Positions 1-15,000 of a DNA stretch of 64,000 nucleotides are shown here, one piece after another. The number at the start of each line of letters is the position of its first letter. Positions within the stretch are counted from its first letter, which is position 1. The DNA comes from Eledone cirrhosa (Eukaryota). The stretch spans positions 99,014,001 to 99,078,000 of the forward strand of contig OZ024743.1 in NCBI GenBank assembly GCA_964016885.1. Reading direction: 5' to 3'. Position numbers and translations under genes: made by a program. Under the pieces are notes generated by a model. The model did no database searches and was not told the DNA's origin. It saw only the letters and a list, made by a program, of their open reading frames with translations.

Positions 1-3000
1 CATCAACTACCTTCTGCTCTACAACGTCTCCTGTTTACAGCATACATCAACTACCTGCTGCTCTAGAATCTCTCCTCTTTACAGCATACATCAACTACCT
101 TCTGCTCTACAACCTCTCCTATTTACAGCATACATCAACTACCTTCTGCTCTACAATCTCTCCTGTTTACATCATACATCAACTACCTTCTGCCCTACAA
201 TCTCTCCTGTTTACAGCATACATCACCTACCTTCTGCTTTACAATCTCTCCTGTTTACAACATACATCAACTACCTTCTGCTCTACAATCTCTCCTCTTT
301 ACAGCATACATCAACTACCTTCTTCTGTACAACCTCTCCTATTTACAACATACATCAACTACCTTCTGCTCTACAATCTCTCCTCTTTACAGCATACATC
401 AACTACCTTCTGCTCTACAATCTCTCCTGTTTACAGCATACATCAACTACCTGCTGCTCTACAATCTCTCCTCTTTACAGCATACATCAACTACCTTCTG
501 CTCTACAATCTCTCCTGTTTACAACATACATCAACTACCTTGTGCTCTACAATCTCTCCTGTTTACAGCATACATCAACTACCTTCTGCTCTACAATCTC
601 TCCTGTTTACAACATACATCAACTACCTTGTGCTCTACAATCTCTCCTGTTTACAGCATACATCAACTACCTTCTGCTCTACAACCTCTCCTATTTACAA
701 CATACATCAACTACCTTCTGCTCTACAATCTCTCCTGTTTACAGTATACATCAACTACCTTCTGCCCTACAATCTCTACTGTTTACAGCATACATCAACT
801 ACCTACTGCTCTACAATCTCTCCTGTTTACAGCATACATCAACTACCTGCTGCTCTACAATCTCTCCTGTTTACAGCATACATCAACTACCTGCTGCTCT
901 ACAATCTCTCCTGTTTACAGCATACATCAACAACCTGCTGCTCTACAATCTCTCCTCTTTACAGCATAAATTAACTACCTCCTGCTCTACAATCTTTCCT
1001 GTTTACAGCATACATCAACTACCTGCTGCTCTACAATCTCTCCTCTTTACAGCATACATCAACTACCTTCTGCTCTACAATCTCTCCTGTTTACAGCATA
1101 CATCAACTAACTTCTGCTCTACAATCTCTCCTGTTTACAGCATACATCAACTACCTGCTGGTCTACAATCTCTCCTGTTTACAGCATAAATTAACTACCT
1201 CCTGCTCTACAATCTTTCCTGTTTACAGCATACATCAACTACCTTCTGCTCTACAATCTCTCCTGTTTACAGCATACATCAACTACCTCCTGCTCTACAA
1301 TCTCTCCTCTTTACAGCATACATCAACTACCTTCTGTTCTACAATCTCTCCTCTTTACAGCATACATCAACTACATTCTGCTCTACAACCTCTCCTCTTT
1401 ACAGCATACATCAACTACCTCCTGCTCTACAATCTCTCCTCTTTACAGCATACATCAACTACCTTCTGCTCTACAATCTCTCCTCTTTACAGCATACATC
1501 AACTATCTTCTGCTCTACAATCTCTCCTCTTTACAGCATACATCAACTATCTCCTGCTCTACAATCTCTCCTGTTTACAGCATACATCAACTACCTCCTG
1601 CTCTACAATCTCTCCTCTTTACAGCATACATCAACTACCTTCTGCTCTACAATCTCTCCACTTTACAGCATACATCAACTATCTTCTGCTCTACAATCTC
1701 TCCTCTTTACAGCATACATCAACTACCTTCTGCTCTACAACCTCTCCTGTTTACAGCATACATCAACTACCTGCTGCTCTAGAATCTCTCCTCTTCACAG
1801 CATACATCAACTACCTTCTGCTCTACAACCTCTCCTATTTACAACATACATCAACCACCTTCTGCTCTACAATCTCTCCTGTTTACAGCATACATCAACT
1901 ACCTTCTGCTCTACAATCTCTCCTGTTTACAACATACATCAACTACCTTCTGCTCTACAATCTCCACTGTTTAGAGCATACATCAACTACCTTCTGCTCT
2001 ACAACGTCTCCTGTTTACAACATACATCAACTACCTTCTGCCCTACAATCTCTCCTGTTTACAGCATACATCAACTACCTTCTGCTCTACAATCTCTCCT
2101 CTTTACAGCATACATCACCTACCTTCTGCTTTACAATCTCTCCTGTTTACAACATACATCAACTACCTTCTGCTCTACAATCTCTCCTCTTTACAGCATA
2201 CATCAACTACCTTCTGCTGTACAACCTCTCCTATTTACAACATACATCAACTACCTTCTGCTCTACAATCTCTCCTCTTTACAGCATACATCAACTACCT
2301 TCTGCTCTACAACCTCTCCTGTTTACAGCATACATCAACTACCTGCTGCTCTACAATCTCTCCTCTTTACAGCATACATCAACTACCTTCTGCTCTACAA
2401 TCTCTCTTGTTTACAGCATACATCAACTACCTTCTGCTCTACAATCTCTCCTATTTACAACATACATCAACTACCTTCTGCCCTACAATCTCTCCTGTTT
2501 ACAGCATACATCAACTAACTTCTGCTCTACAATCTCTCCTCTTTACAACATACATCAACTACCTTCTGCTCTACAATCTCTCCTCTTTACAGCATTCATC
2601 AACTATCTTCTGCTCTACAATCTCTCTTGTTTACAACATACATCAACTACCTTCTGCTCTACAATCTCTCCTGTTTACAGCATCCATCAACTACCTTCTA
2701 CTCTACAATCTCTCCTGTTTACAGCATACATCAACTACCTTCTGCTCTACAATCTCTCCTGTTTACAGCATATATCAACTCCCTTCTGCTCTACAATCTC
2801 TCCTGTTTACAGCATACATCAACTACCTTCCGCTCTACAATCTCTCCTGTTTACAGCATACATCAACTACCTTCTGCTCTACAATCTCTCCTGTTTACAG
2901 CATACATCAACTACCTTCTGCTCTACAATCTCTCCTGTTTACAGCATCCATCAACTACCTTCTACTCTACAATCTCTCCTGTTTACAGCATACATCAACT

Positions 3001-6000
3001 ACCTTCTGCTCTACAATCTCTCCTGTTTACAGCATATATCAACTCCCTTCTGCTCTACAATCTCTCCTGTTTACAGCATACATCAACTACCTTCCGCTCT
3101 ACAATCTCTCCTGTTTACAGCATACATCAACTACCTTCTGCTCTACAATCTCTCCTGTTTACAGCATATATCAACTCCCTTCTGCTCTACAATCTCTCCT
3201 CTTTACAACATACATCAACTACCTTCTGCTCTACAATCTCTCCTCTTTACAGCATTCATCAACTATCTTCTGCTCTACAATCTCTCCTGTTTACAGCATA
3301 CATCAACTACCTTCTGCTCTACAATCTCTCCTCTTTACAACATACATCAACTACCTTCTGCTCTACAATCTCTCCTCTTTACAGCATTCATCAACTATCT
3401 TCTGCTCTACAATCTCTCCTGTTTACAGCATACATCAACTACCTTCTGCTCTACAATCTCTCCTCTTTACAACATACATCAACTACCTTCTGCTCTACAA
3501 TCTCTCCTCTTTACAGCATTCATCAACTACCTTCTGCTCTACAATCTCTCCTCTTTACAGCATTCATCAACTACCTTCTGCTCTACAATCTCTCCTGTTT
3601 ACAGCATCCATCAACTACCTTCTGCTCTACAATCTCTCCTGTTTACAGCATACATCAACTACCTTCTGATCTACAATCTCTCCTGTTTACAGCATACATC
3701 AACTCCCTTCTGCTCTACAATCTCTCCTGTTTACAGCATACATCAACTACCTTCTGCTCTACAATCTCTCCTGTTTACAGCATAAATTAACTACCTCCTG
3801 CTCCACGATCTCTCCTGTTTACAACATACATCAACTATCTTCTGCTCTACAATCTCTCCTGTTTACAGCATACATCATCTACCTTGTGCTCTACAATCTC
3901 TCCTGTTTACAGCATACATCAGCTATCTTCTGCTCTACAATCTCTTCTGTTTACAGCATACATCAACTACCTGCTGTTCTACAATATCTCCTCTTTACAA
4001 CATACATCAACTACCTGCTGCTCTACAATCTCTCCTGTTTACAGCATACATCAACTACCTGCTGTTCTACAATCTCTCCTCTTTACAACATACATCAACT
4101 ACCTGCTGCTCTACAATCTCTCCTGTTTACAACATACATCAACTACCTGCTGTTCTACAATCTCTCCTCTTTACAGCATACATCAACTACCTACTGCTCT
4201 ACAATCTCTCCTCTTTACAGCATACATCAACTACCTGCTGCTCTACAACCTCTCCTGTTTACAGCATACATCAACTACCTTCTGCTCTACAATCTCTCCT
4301 GTTTACAGCATACATCAACTACCTTCTGCTCTACAATCTCTCCTGTTTACAGCATACATCAACTACCTTCTGCTCTACAACCTCTCCTATTTACAACATA
4401 CATCAACTACCTTCTGCTCTACAATCTCTCCTGTTTACAGTATACATCAACTACCTTCTGCCCTACAATCTCTCCTGTTTACAGCATACAACAACTACCT
4501 ACTGCTCTACAATCTCTCCTGTTTACAGCATACATCAACTACCTGCTGCTCTACAATCTCTCCTGTTTACAGCATACATCAACTACCTGCTGCTCTACAA
4601 TCTCTCCTGTTTACAGCATACATCAACAACCTGCTGCTCTACAATCTCTCCTGTTTACAGCATAAATTAACTACCTCCTGCTCTACAATCTTTCCTGTTT
4701 ACAGCATACATCAACTACCTGCTGCTCTACAATCTCTCCTCTTTACAGCATACATCAACTACCTTCTGCTCTACAATCTCTCCTGTTTACAGCATACATC
4801 AACTAAATTCTGCTCTACAATCTCTCCTGTTTACAGCATACATCAACTACCTGCTGGTCTACAATCTCTCCTGTTTACAGCATAAATTAACTACCTCCTG
4901 CTCTACAATCTTTCCTGTTTACAGCATACATCAACTACCTTCTGCTCTACAATCTCTCCTGTTTACAGCATACATCAACTACCTTCTGCTCTACAATCTC
5001 TCCTCTTTACAGCATACATCAACTACCTTCTGTTCTACAATCTCTCCTCTTTACAGCATACATCAACTACATTCTGCTCTACAACCTCTCCTGTTTACAG
5101 CATACATCAACTACCTCCTGCTCTACAATCTCTCCTCTTTACAGCATACATCAACTACCTTCTGCTCTACAATCTCTCCTCTTTACAGCATACATCAACT
5201 ATCTTCTGCTCTACAATCTCTCCTCTTTACAGCATACATCAACTATCTCCTGCTCTACAATCTCTCCTGTTTACAGCATACATCAACTACCTTCTGCTCT
5301 ACAATCTCTCCTCTTTACAGCATACATCAACTACCTTCTGCTCTACAATCTCTCCACTTTACAGCATACATCAACTATCTTCTGCTCTACAATCTCTCCT
5401 CTTTACAGCATACATCAACTACCTTCTGCTCTACAATCTCTCCACTTTACAGCATACATCAACTACCTTCTGCTCTACAATCTCTCCACTTTACAGCATA
5501 CATCAACTACCTTCTGCTCTACAACCTCTCCTGTTTACAGCATACATCAACTACCTGCTGCTCTAGAATCTCTCCTCTTCACAGCATACATCAACTACCT
5601 TCTGCTCTACAACCTCTCCTGTTTACAGCATACATCAACTTCCTTCTGCTCTACAATCTCCACTGTTTAGAGCATACATCAACTACCTTCTGCTCTACAA
5701 CGTCTCCTGTTTACAACATACATCAACTACCTTCTGCTCTACAATCTCCACTGTTTAGAGCATACATCAACTACCTTCTGCTCTACAACGTCTCCTGTTT
5801 ACAACATACATCAACTACCTTCTGCTCTACAATCTCCACTGTTTAGAGCATACATCAACTACCTTCTGCTCTACAACGTCTCCTGTTTACAACATACATC
5901 AACTACCTTCTGCTCTACAATCTCCACTGTTTAGAGCATACATCAACTACCTTCTGCTCTACAACGTCTCCTGTTTACAACATACATCAACTACCTTCTG

Positions 6001-9000
6001 CTCTACAATCTCCACTGTTTAGAGCATACATCAACTACCTTCTGCTCTACAACGTCTCCTGTTTACAGCATACATCAACTACCTTCTGCTCTACAATCTC
6101 TCCTGTTTACAGCATACATCAACTACCTTCTGCTCTACAACCTCTCCTATTTACAGCATACATCAACTACTTTCTGCTCTACAATCTCTCCTGTTTACAG
6201 CATACATCAACTACCTTCTGCTCTACAATCTCTCCTGTTTACAGCATACATCAACTACCTTCTGCTCTACAACCTCTCCTATTTACAGCATACATCAACT
6301 ACTTTCTGCTCTACAATCTCTCCTGTTTACAGCATACATCAACTACCTTCTGCTCTACAATCTCTCCTGTTTACAGCATACATCAACTACCTTCTGCTCT
6401 ACAACCTCTCCTATTTACAGCATACATCAACTACTTTCTGCTCTACAATCTCTCCTGTTTACAGCATACATCAACTACCTTCTGCTCTACAATCCCTCCT
6501 GTTTACAGCATACATCAACTACCTTCTGCTCTACAATCTCTCCTGTTTACAGCATACATCAACTACCTTCTGCTCTACAATCTCTCCTGTTTACAGCATA
6601 CATCAACTACCTTCTGCTCTACAATCTCTCCTGTTTACAGCATACATCAACTACCTTCTGCTCTACAATCTCTCCTGTTTACAGCATACATCAACTCCCT
6701 TCTGCTCTACAATCTCTCCTCTTTACAGCATTCATCAACTATCTTCTGCTCTACAATCTCTTCTGTTTACAGCATACATCAACTACCTTCTGCTCTACAA
6801 TCTCTCCTGTTTACAGCATACATCAACTACCTTCTGCTCTACAATCTCTCCTGTTTACAGCATACATCAACTACCTTCTGCCCTACAATCTCTCCTGTTT
6901 ACAACATACATCAACTCCCTTCTGCTTTACAATCTCTCCTGTTTACAACATACATCAACTATCTTCTGCTCTACAATCTCTTCTGTTTACAGCATACATC
7001 AACTACCTTCTGCTGTACAACCTCTCCTATTTACAACATACATCAACTACCTTCTGCTCTACAATCTCTCCTCTTTACAGCATACATCAACTACCTTCTG
7101 CTCTACAACCTCTCCTGTTTACAGCATACATCAACTACCTGCTGCTCTACAATCTCTCCTCTTTACAGCATACATCAACTACCTTCTGCCCTACAATCTC
7201 TCCTGTTTACAACATACATCAACTACCTTGTGCTCTACAATCTCTCTTGTTTACAGCATACATCAACTACCTTCTGCTCTACAATCTCTCCTGTTTACAA
7301 CATACATCAACTACCTTCTGCCCTACAATCTCTCCTGTTTACAGCATACATCAACTAACTTCTGCTCTACAATCTCTCCTCTTTACAACATACATCAACT
7401 ACCTTCTGCTCTACAATCTCTCCTCTTTACAGCATTCATCAACTATCTTCTGCTCTACAATCTCTCTTGTTTACAACATACATCAACTACCTTCTGCTCT
7501 ACAATCTCTCCTGTTTACAGCATCCATCAACTACCTTCTACTCTACAATCTCTCCTGTTTACAGCATACATCAACTACCTTCTGCTCTACAATCTCTCCT
7601 GTTTACAGCATACATCAACTCCCTTCTGCTCTACAATCTCTCCTGTTTACAGCATACATCAACTACCTTCCGCTCTACAATCTCTCCTGTTTACAGCATA
7701 CATCAACTACCTTCTGCTCTACAATCTCTCCTCTTTACAACATACATCAACTACCTTCTGCTCTACAATCTCTCCTCTTTACAGCATTCATCAACTATCT
7801 TCTGCTCTACAATCTCTCCTGTTTACAACATACATCAACTACCTTCTGCTCTACAATCTCTCCTGTTTACAGCATCCATCAACTACCTTCTGCTCTACAA
7901 TCTCTCCTGTTTACAGCATACATCAACTACCTTCTGATCTACAATCTCTCCTGTTTACAGCATACATCAACTCCCTTCTGCTCTACAATCTCTCCTGTTT
8001 ACAGCATACATCAACTACCTTCTGCTCTACAATCTCTCCTGTTTACAGCATAAATTAACTACCTCCTGATCCACGATCTCTCCTGTTTACAACATACATC
8101 AACTATCTTCTGCTCTACAATCTCTCCTGTTTACAGCATACATCATCTACCTTGTGCTCTACAATCTCTCCTGTTTACAGCATACATCAGCTATCTTCTG
8201 CTCTACAATCTCTCCTGTTTACAGCATACATCAACTACCTGCTGTTCTACAATATCTCCTCTTTACAACATACATCAACTACCTGCTGCTCTACAATCTC
8301 TCCTGTTTACAGCATACATCAACTACCTGCTGTTCTACAATATCTCCTCTTTACAACATACATCAACTACCTGCTGCTCTACAATCTCTCCTGTTTACAA
8401 CATACATCAACTACCTGCTGTTCTACAATCTCTCCTCTTTACAGCATACATCAACTACCTACTGCTCTACAATCTCTCCTCTTTACAGCATACATCAACT
8501 TCCTGCTGCTCTACAACCTCTCCTGTTTACAGCATACATCAACTACCTTCTGCTCTACAATCTCTCCTGTTTACAGCATACATCAACTACCTTCTGCTCT
8601 ACAATCTCTCCTGTTTACAGCATACATCAACTACCTTCTGCTCTACAACCTCTCCTATTTACAACATACATCAACTACCTTCTGCTCTACAATCTCTCCT
8701 GTTTACAGTATACATCAACTACCTTCTGCCCTACAATCTCTCCTGTTTACAGCATACAACAACTACCTACTGCTCTACAATCTCTCCTGTTTACAGCATA
8801 CATCAACTACTTGCTGCTCTACAATCTCTCCTGTTTACAGCATACATCAACTACCTGCTGCTCTACAATCTCTCCTGTTTACAGCATACATCAACAACCT
8901 GCTGCTCTACAATCTCTCCTGTTTACAGCATAAATTAACTACCTCCTGCTCTACAATCTTTCCTGTTTACAGCATACATCAACTACCTGCTGCTCTACAA

Positions 9001-12000
9001 TCTCTCCTCTTTACAGCATACATCAACTACCTTCTGCTCTACAATCTCTCCTGTTTACAGCATACATCAACTAAATTCTGCTCTACAATCTCTCCTGTTT
9101 ACAGCATACATCAACTACCTGCTGGTCTACAATCTCTCCTGTTTACAGCATAAATTAACTACCTCCTGCTCTACAATCTTTCCTGTTTACAGCATACATC
9201 AACTACCTTCTGTTCTACAATCTCTCCTCTTTACAGCATACATCAACTACATTCTGCTCTACGACCTCTCCTGTTTACAGCATACATCAACTACCTCCTG
9301 CTCTACAATCTCTCCTGTTTACAGCATACATCAACTACCTTCTGCTCTACAATCTCTCCTCTTTACAGCATACATCAACTATCTTCTGCTCTACAATCTC
9401 TCCTCTTTACAGCATACATCAACTATCTCCTGCTCTACAATCTCTCCTGTTTACAGCATACATCAACTACCTTCTGCTCTACAATCTCTCCTCTTTACAG
9501 CATACATCAACTACCTTCTGCTCTACAATCTCTCCACTTTACAGCATACATCAACTATCTTCTGCTCTACAATCTCTCCTCTTTACAGCATACATCAACT
9601 ACCTTCTGCTCTACAACCTCTCCTGTTTACAGCATACATCAACTACCTGCTGCTCTAGAATCTCTCCTCTTCACAGCATACGTCAACTACCTTCTGCTCT
9701 ACAACCTCTCCTATTTACAACATACATCAACCACCTTCTGCTCGACAATCTCTCCTGTTTACAGCATACATCAACTACCTTCTGCTCTACAATCTCCACT
9801 GTTTAGAGCATACATCAACTACCTTCTGCTCTACAACGTCTCCTGTTTACAACATACATCAACTACCTTCTGCTCTACAATCTCCACTGTTTAGAGCATA
9901 CATCAACTACCTTCTGCTCTACAACGTCTCCTGTTTACAACATACATCAACTACCTTCTGCTCTACAATCTCCACTGTTTAGAGCATACATCAACTACCT
10001 TCTGCTCTACAACGTCTCCTGTTTACAGCATACATCAACTACCTGCTGCTCTAGAATCTCTCCTCTTTACAGCATACATCAACTACCTTCTGCTCTACAA
10101 CCTCTCCTATTTACAGCATACATCAACTACTTTCTGCTCTACAATCTCTCCTGTTTACAGCATACATCAACTACCTTCTGCTCTACAATCCCTCCTGTTT
10201 ACAGCATACATCAACTACCTTCTGCTCTACAATCTCTCCTGTTTACAGCATACATCAACTACCTTCTGCTCTACAATCTCTCCTATTTACAGCATACATC
10301 AACTACCTGCTGCTCTACAATCTCTCCTCTTTACAGCATACATCAACTACCTTCTGCTCTACAATCTCTCCTGTTTACAGCATACATCAACTACCTTCTG
10401 CTCTACAATCTCTCCTATTTACAGCATACATCAACTACTTTCTGCTCTACAATCTCTCCTGTTTACAGCATACATCAACTACCTTCTGCTCTACAATCTC
10501 TCCTGTTTACAGCATACATCAACTACCTTCTGCTCTACAATCTCTCCTCTTTACAGCATACATCAACTACTTTCTGCTCTACAATCTCTCCTGTTTACAG
10601 CATACATCAACTACCTTCTGCTCTACAATCCCTCCTGTTTACAGCATACATCAACTACCTTCTGCTCTACAATCTCTCCTGTTTACAGCATACATCAACT
10701 ACCTTCTGCTCTACAATCTCTCCTGTTTACAGCATACATCAACTACCTTCTGCTCTACAATCTCTCCTGTTTACAGCATACATCAACTCCCTTCTGCTCT
10801 ACAATCTCTCCTCTTTACAGCATTCATCAACTATCTTCTGCTCTACAATCTCTCCTGTTTACAACATACATCAACTACCTTCTGCCCTACAATCTCTCCT
10901 GTTTACAACATACATCAACTCCCTTCTGCTCTAGAATCTCTCCTCTTTCCAGCATACATCAACTATCTTCTGCTCTACAATCTCTCCTCTTCACAACATA
11001 CATCAACTACCTTCTGCTCTACAATCTCTCCTCTTTACAGCATTCATCAACTATCTTCTGCTCTACAATCTCTCCTGTTTACAACATACATCAACTACCT
11101 TCTGATCTACAATCTCTCCTGTTTACAGCATACATCAACTCCCTTCTGCTCTACAATCTCTCCTGTTTACAGCATACATCAACTACCTTCTGCTCTACAA
11201 TCTCTCCTGTTTACAGCATACATCAACTACCTTCTGCTCTACAATCTCTCCTCTTTACAACATACATCAACTACCTTCTGCTCTACAATCTCTCCTCTTT
11301 ACAGCATTCATCAACTATCTTCTGCTCTACAATCTCTCCTGTTTACAACATACATCAACTACCTTCTGCTCTACAATCTCTCCTGTTTACAGCATACATC
11401 AACTACCTTCTGATCTACAATCTCTCCTGTTTACAGCATACATCAACTCCCTTCTGCTCTACAATCTCTCCTGTTTACAGCATACATCAACTACCTTCTG
11501 CTCTACAATCTCTCCTGTTTACAGCATGAATTAACTACCTCCTGCTCCACGATCTCTCCTATTTACAACATAAATCAACTATCTTCTGCTCTACAATCTC
11601 TCCTGTTTACAGCATACATCAACTACCTTGTGCTCTACAATCTCTCCTGTTTACAGCATACATCAGCTATCTTCTGCTCTACAATCTCTCCTGTTTACAG
11701 CATACATCAACTACCTGCTGTTCTACAATCTCTCCTCTTTACAACATACATCAACTACCTGCTGCTCTACAATCTCTCCTGTTTACAACATACATCAACT
11801 ACCTGCTGTTCTACAATCTCTCCTCTTTACAGCATACATCAACTACCTACTGCTCTACAATCTCTCCTCTTTACAGCATACATCAACTACCTGCTGCTCT
11901 ACAACCTCTCCTGTTTACAGCATACATCAACTACCTTCTGCTCTACAATCTCTCCTGTTTACAGCATACATCAACTACCTTCTGCCCTACAATCTCTCCT

Positions 12001-15000
12001 GTTTACAGCATACATCAACTATCTCCTGCTCTACAATCTCTCCTATTTACAACATACATCAACTACCTTCTGCTCTACAATCTCTCCTGTTTACAGCATA
12101 CATCAACTACCTTCTGCTCTACAATCTCTCCTGTTTACAGCATACATCAACTACCTTCTGCCCTACAATCTCTCCTGTTTACAGCATACATCAACTACCT
12201 TCTGCCCTACAATCTCTTCTGTTTACAGCATACATCAACTACCTGCTGCTCTACAATCACTCCTGTTTACAGCAGACATCAACTACCTGCTGCTCTACAA
12301 TCTCTCCTGTTTACAGCATACATCAACAACCTGCTGGTCTACAATCTCTCCTGTTTACAGCATAAATTAACTACCTCCTGCTGTACAATCTTTCCTGTTT
12401 ACAGCATACATCAACTACCTGCTGCTCTACAATCTCTCCTCTTTACAGCATACATCAACTAACTTCTGCTCTACAATCTCTCCTTTTTACAGCATACATC
12501 AACTACCTGCTGGTCTACAATCTCTCCTGTTTACAGCATAAATTAACTACCTCCTGCTCTACAATCTTTCCTGTTTACAGCATACATCAACTACCTTCTG
12601 CTCTACAATCTCTCCTGTTTACAGCATACATCAACTACCTTCTGCTCTACAATCTCTCCTCTTTACAGCATACATCAACTATCTTCTGCTCTATAATCTC
12701 TCCTGTTTACAGCATACATCAACTACCTTCTGCTCTACAACCTCTCCTCTTTACAGCATACATCAACTACCTTCTGTTCTACAATCTCTCCTCTTTACAG
12801 CATACATCAACTACATTCTGCTCTACAACCTCTCCTGTTTACAGCATACATCAACTACCTCCTGCTCTACAATCTCTCCTCTTTACAGCATACATCAACT
12901 ACCTTCTGCTCTACAATCTGTCCTGTTTACAGCATCCATCAACTACCTTCTGCTCTACAATCTCTCCTGTTTACAGCATACATCAACTACCTGCTTCTCT
13001 ACAATCTCTCCTGTTTACAGCATACATCAACTACCTTCTGCTCTACAATCTCTCCTGTTTACAGCATACATCAACTACCTTCTGCTCTACAATCTCTCCT
13101 GTTTACAGCATACATCAACTACCTTCTGCTCTACAATCTCTCCTGTTTACAGCATACATCAACTACCTTCTGCTCTACAATCTCTCCTGTTTACAGCATA
13201 CATCAACTACCTTCTGCTCTACAATCTCTCCTGTTTACAGCATACATCAACTACCTTCTGCTCTACAATCCCTCCTGTTTACAGCATACATCAACTACCT
13301 TCTGCTCTACAATCTCTCCTGTTTACAGCATACATCAACTACCTTCTGCTCTACAATCTCTCCTGTTTACAGCATACATCAACTACCTTCTGCTCTACAA
13401 TCTCTCCTGTTTACAGCATACATCAACTACCTTCTGCTCTACAATCTCTCCTGTTTACAGCATACATCAACTCCCTTCTGCTCTACAATCTCTCCTCTTT
13501 ACAGCATTCATCAACTATCTTCTGCTCTACAATCTCTCCTGTTTACAACATACATCAACTACCTTCTGCCCTACAATCTCTCCTGTTTACAACATACATC
13601 AACTCCCTTCTGCTCTAGAATCTCTCCTCTTTCCAGCATACATCAACTATCTTCTGCTCTACAATCTCTCCTCTTCACAACATACATCAACTACCTTCTG
13701 CTCTACAATCTCTCCTCTTTACAGCATTCATCAACTATCTTCTGCTCTACAATCTCTCCTGTTTACAACATACATCAACTACCTTCTGCTCTACAATCTC
13801 TCCTGTTTACAGCATCCATCAACTACCTTCTACTCTACAATCTCTCCTGTTTACAGCATACATCAACTACCTTCTGCCCTACAATCTCTCCTGTTTACAG
13901 CATACATCAACTATCTCCTGCTCTACAATCTCTCCTATTTACAACATACATCAACTACCTTCTGCTCTACAACCTCTCCTGTTTACAGCATACATCAACT
14001 ACCTTCTGCTCTACAATCTCTCCTGTTTACAGCATACATCAACTACCTTCTGCCCTACAATCTCTCCTGTTTACAGCATACATCAACTATCTCCTGCTCT
14101 ACAATCTCTCCTATTTACAACATACATCAACTACCTTCTGCTCTACAATCTCTCCTGTTTACAGCATACATCAACTACCTTCTGCTCTACAATCTCTCCT
14201 GTTTACAGCATACATCAACTACCTTCTGCCCTACAATCTCTCCTGTTTACAGCATACATCAACTACCTTCTGCCCTACAATCTCTTCTGTTTACAGCATA
14301 CATCAACTACCTGCTGCTCTACAATCACTCCTGTTTACAGAAGACATCAACTACCTGCTGCTCTACAACGTCTCCTGTTTACAGCATACATCAACTACCT
14401 GCTGCTCTAGAATCTCTCCTCTTTACAGCATACATCAACTACCTTCTGCTCTACAACCTCTCCTATTTACAGCATACATCAACTACTTTCTGCTCTACAA
14501 TCTCTCCTGTTTACAGCATACATCAACTACCTTCTGCTCTACAATCCCTCCTGTTTACAGCATACATCAACTACCTTCTGCTCTACAATCTCTCCTGTTT
14601 ACAGCATACATCAACTACCTTCTGCTCTACAATCTCTCCTATTTACAGCATACATCAACTACCTGCTGCTCTACAATCTCTCCTCTTTACAGCATACATC
14701 AACTACCTTCTGCTCTACAATCTCTCCTGTTTACAGCATACATCAACTACCTTCTGCTCTACAATCTCTCCTATTTACAGCATACATCAACTACTTTCTG
14801 CTCTACAATCTCTCCTGTTTACAGCATACATCAACTACCTTCTGCTCTACAATCTCTCCTGTTTACAGCATACATCAACTACCTTCTGCTCTACAATCTC
14901 TCCTCTTTACAGCATACATCAACTACTTTCTGCTCTACAATCTCTCCTGTTTACAGCATACATCAACTACCTTCTGCTCTACAATCCCTCCTGTTTACAG

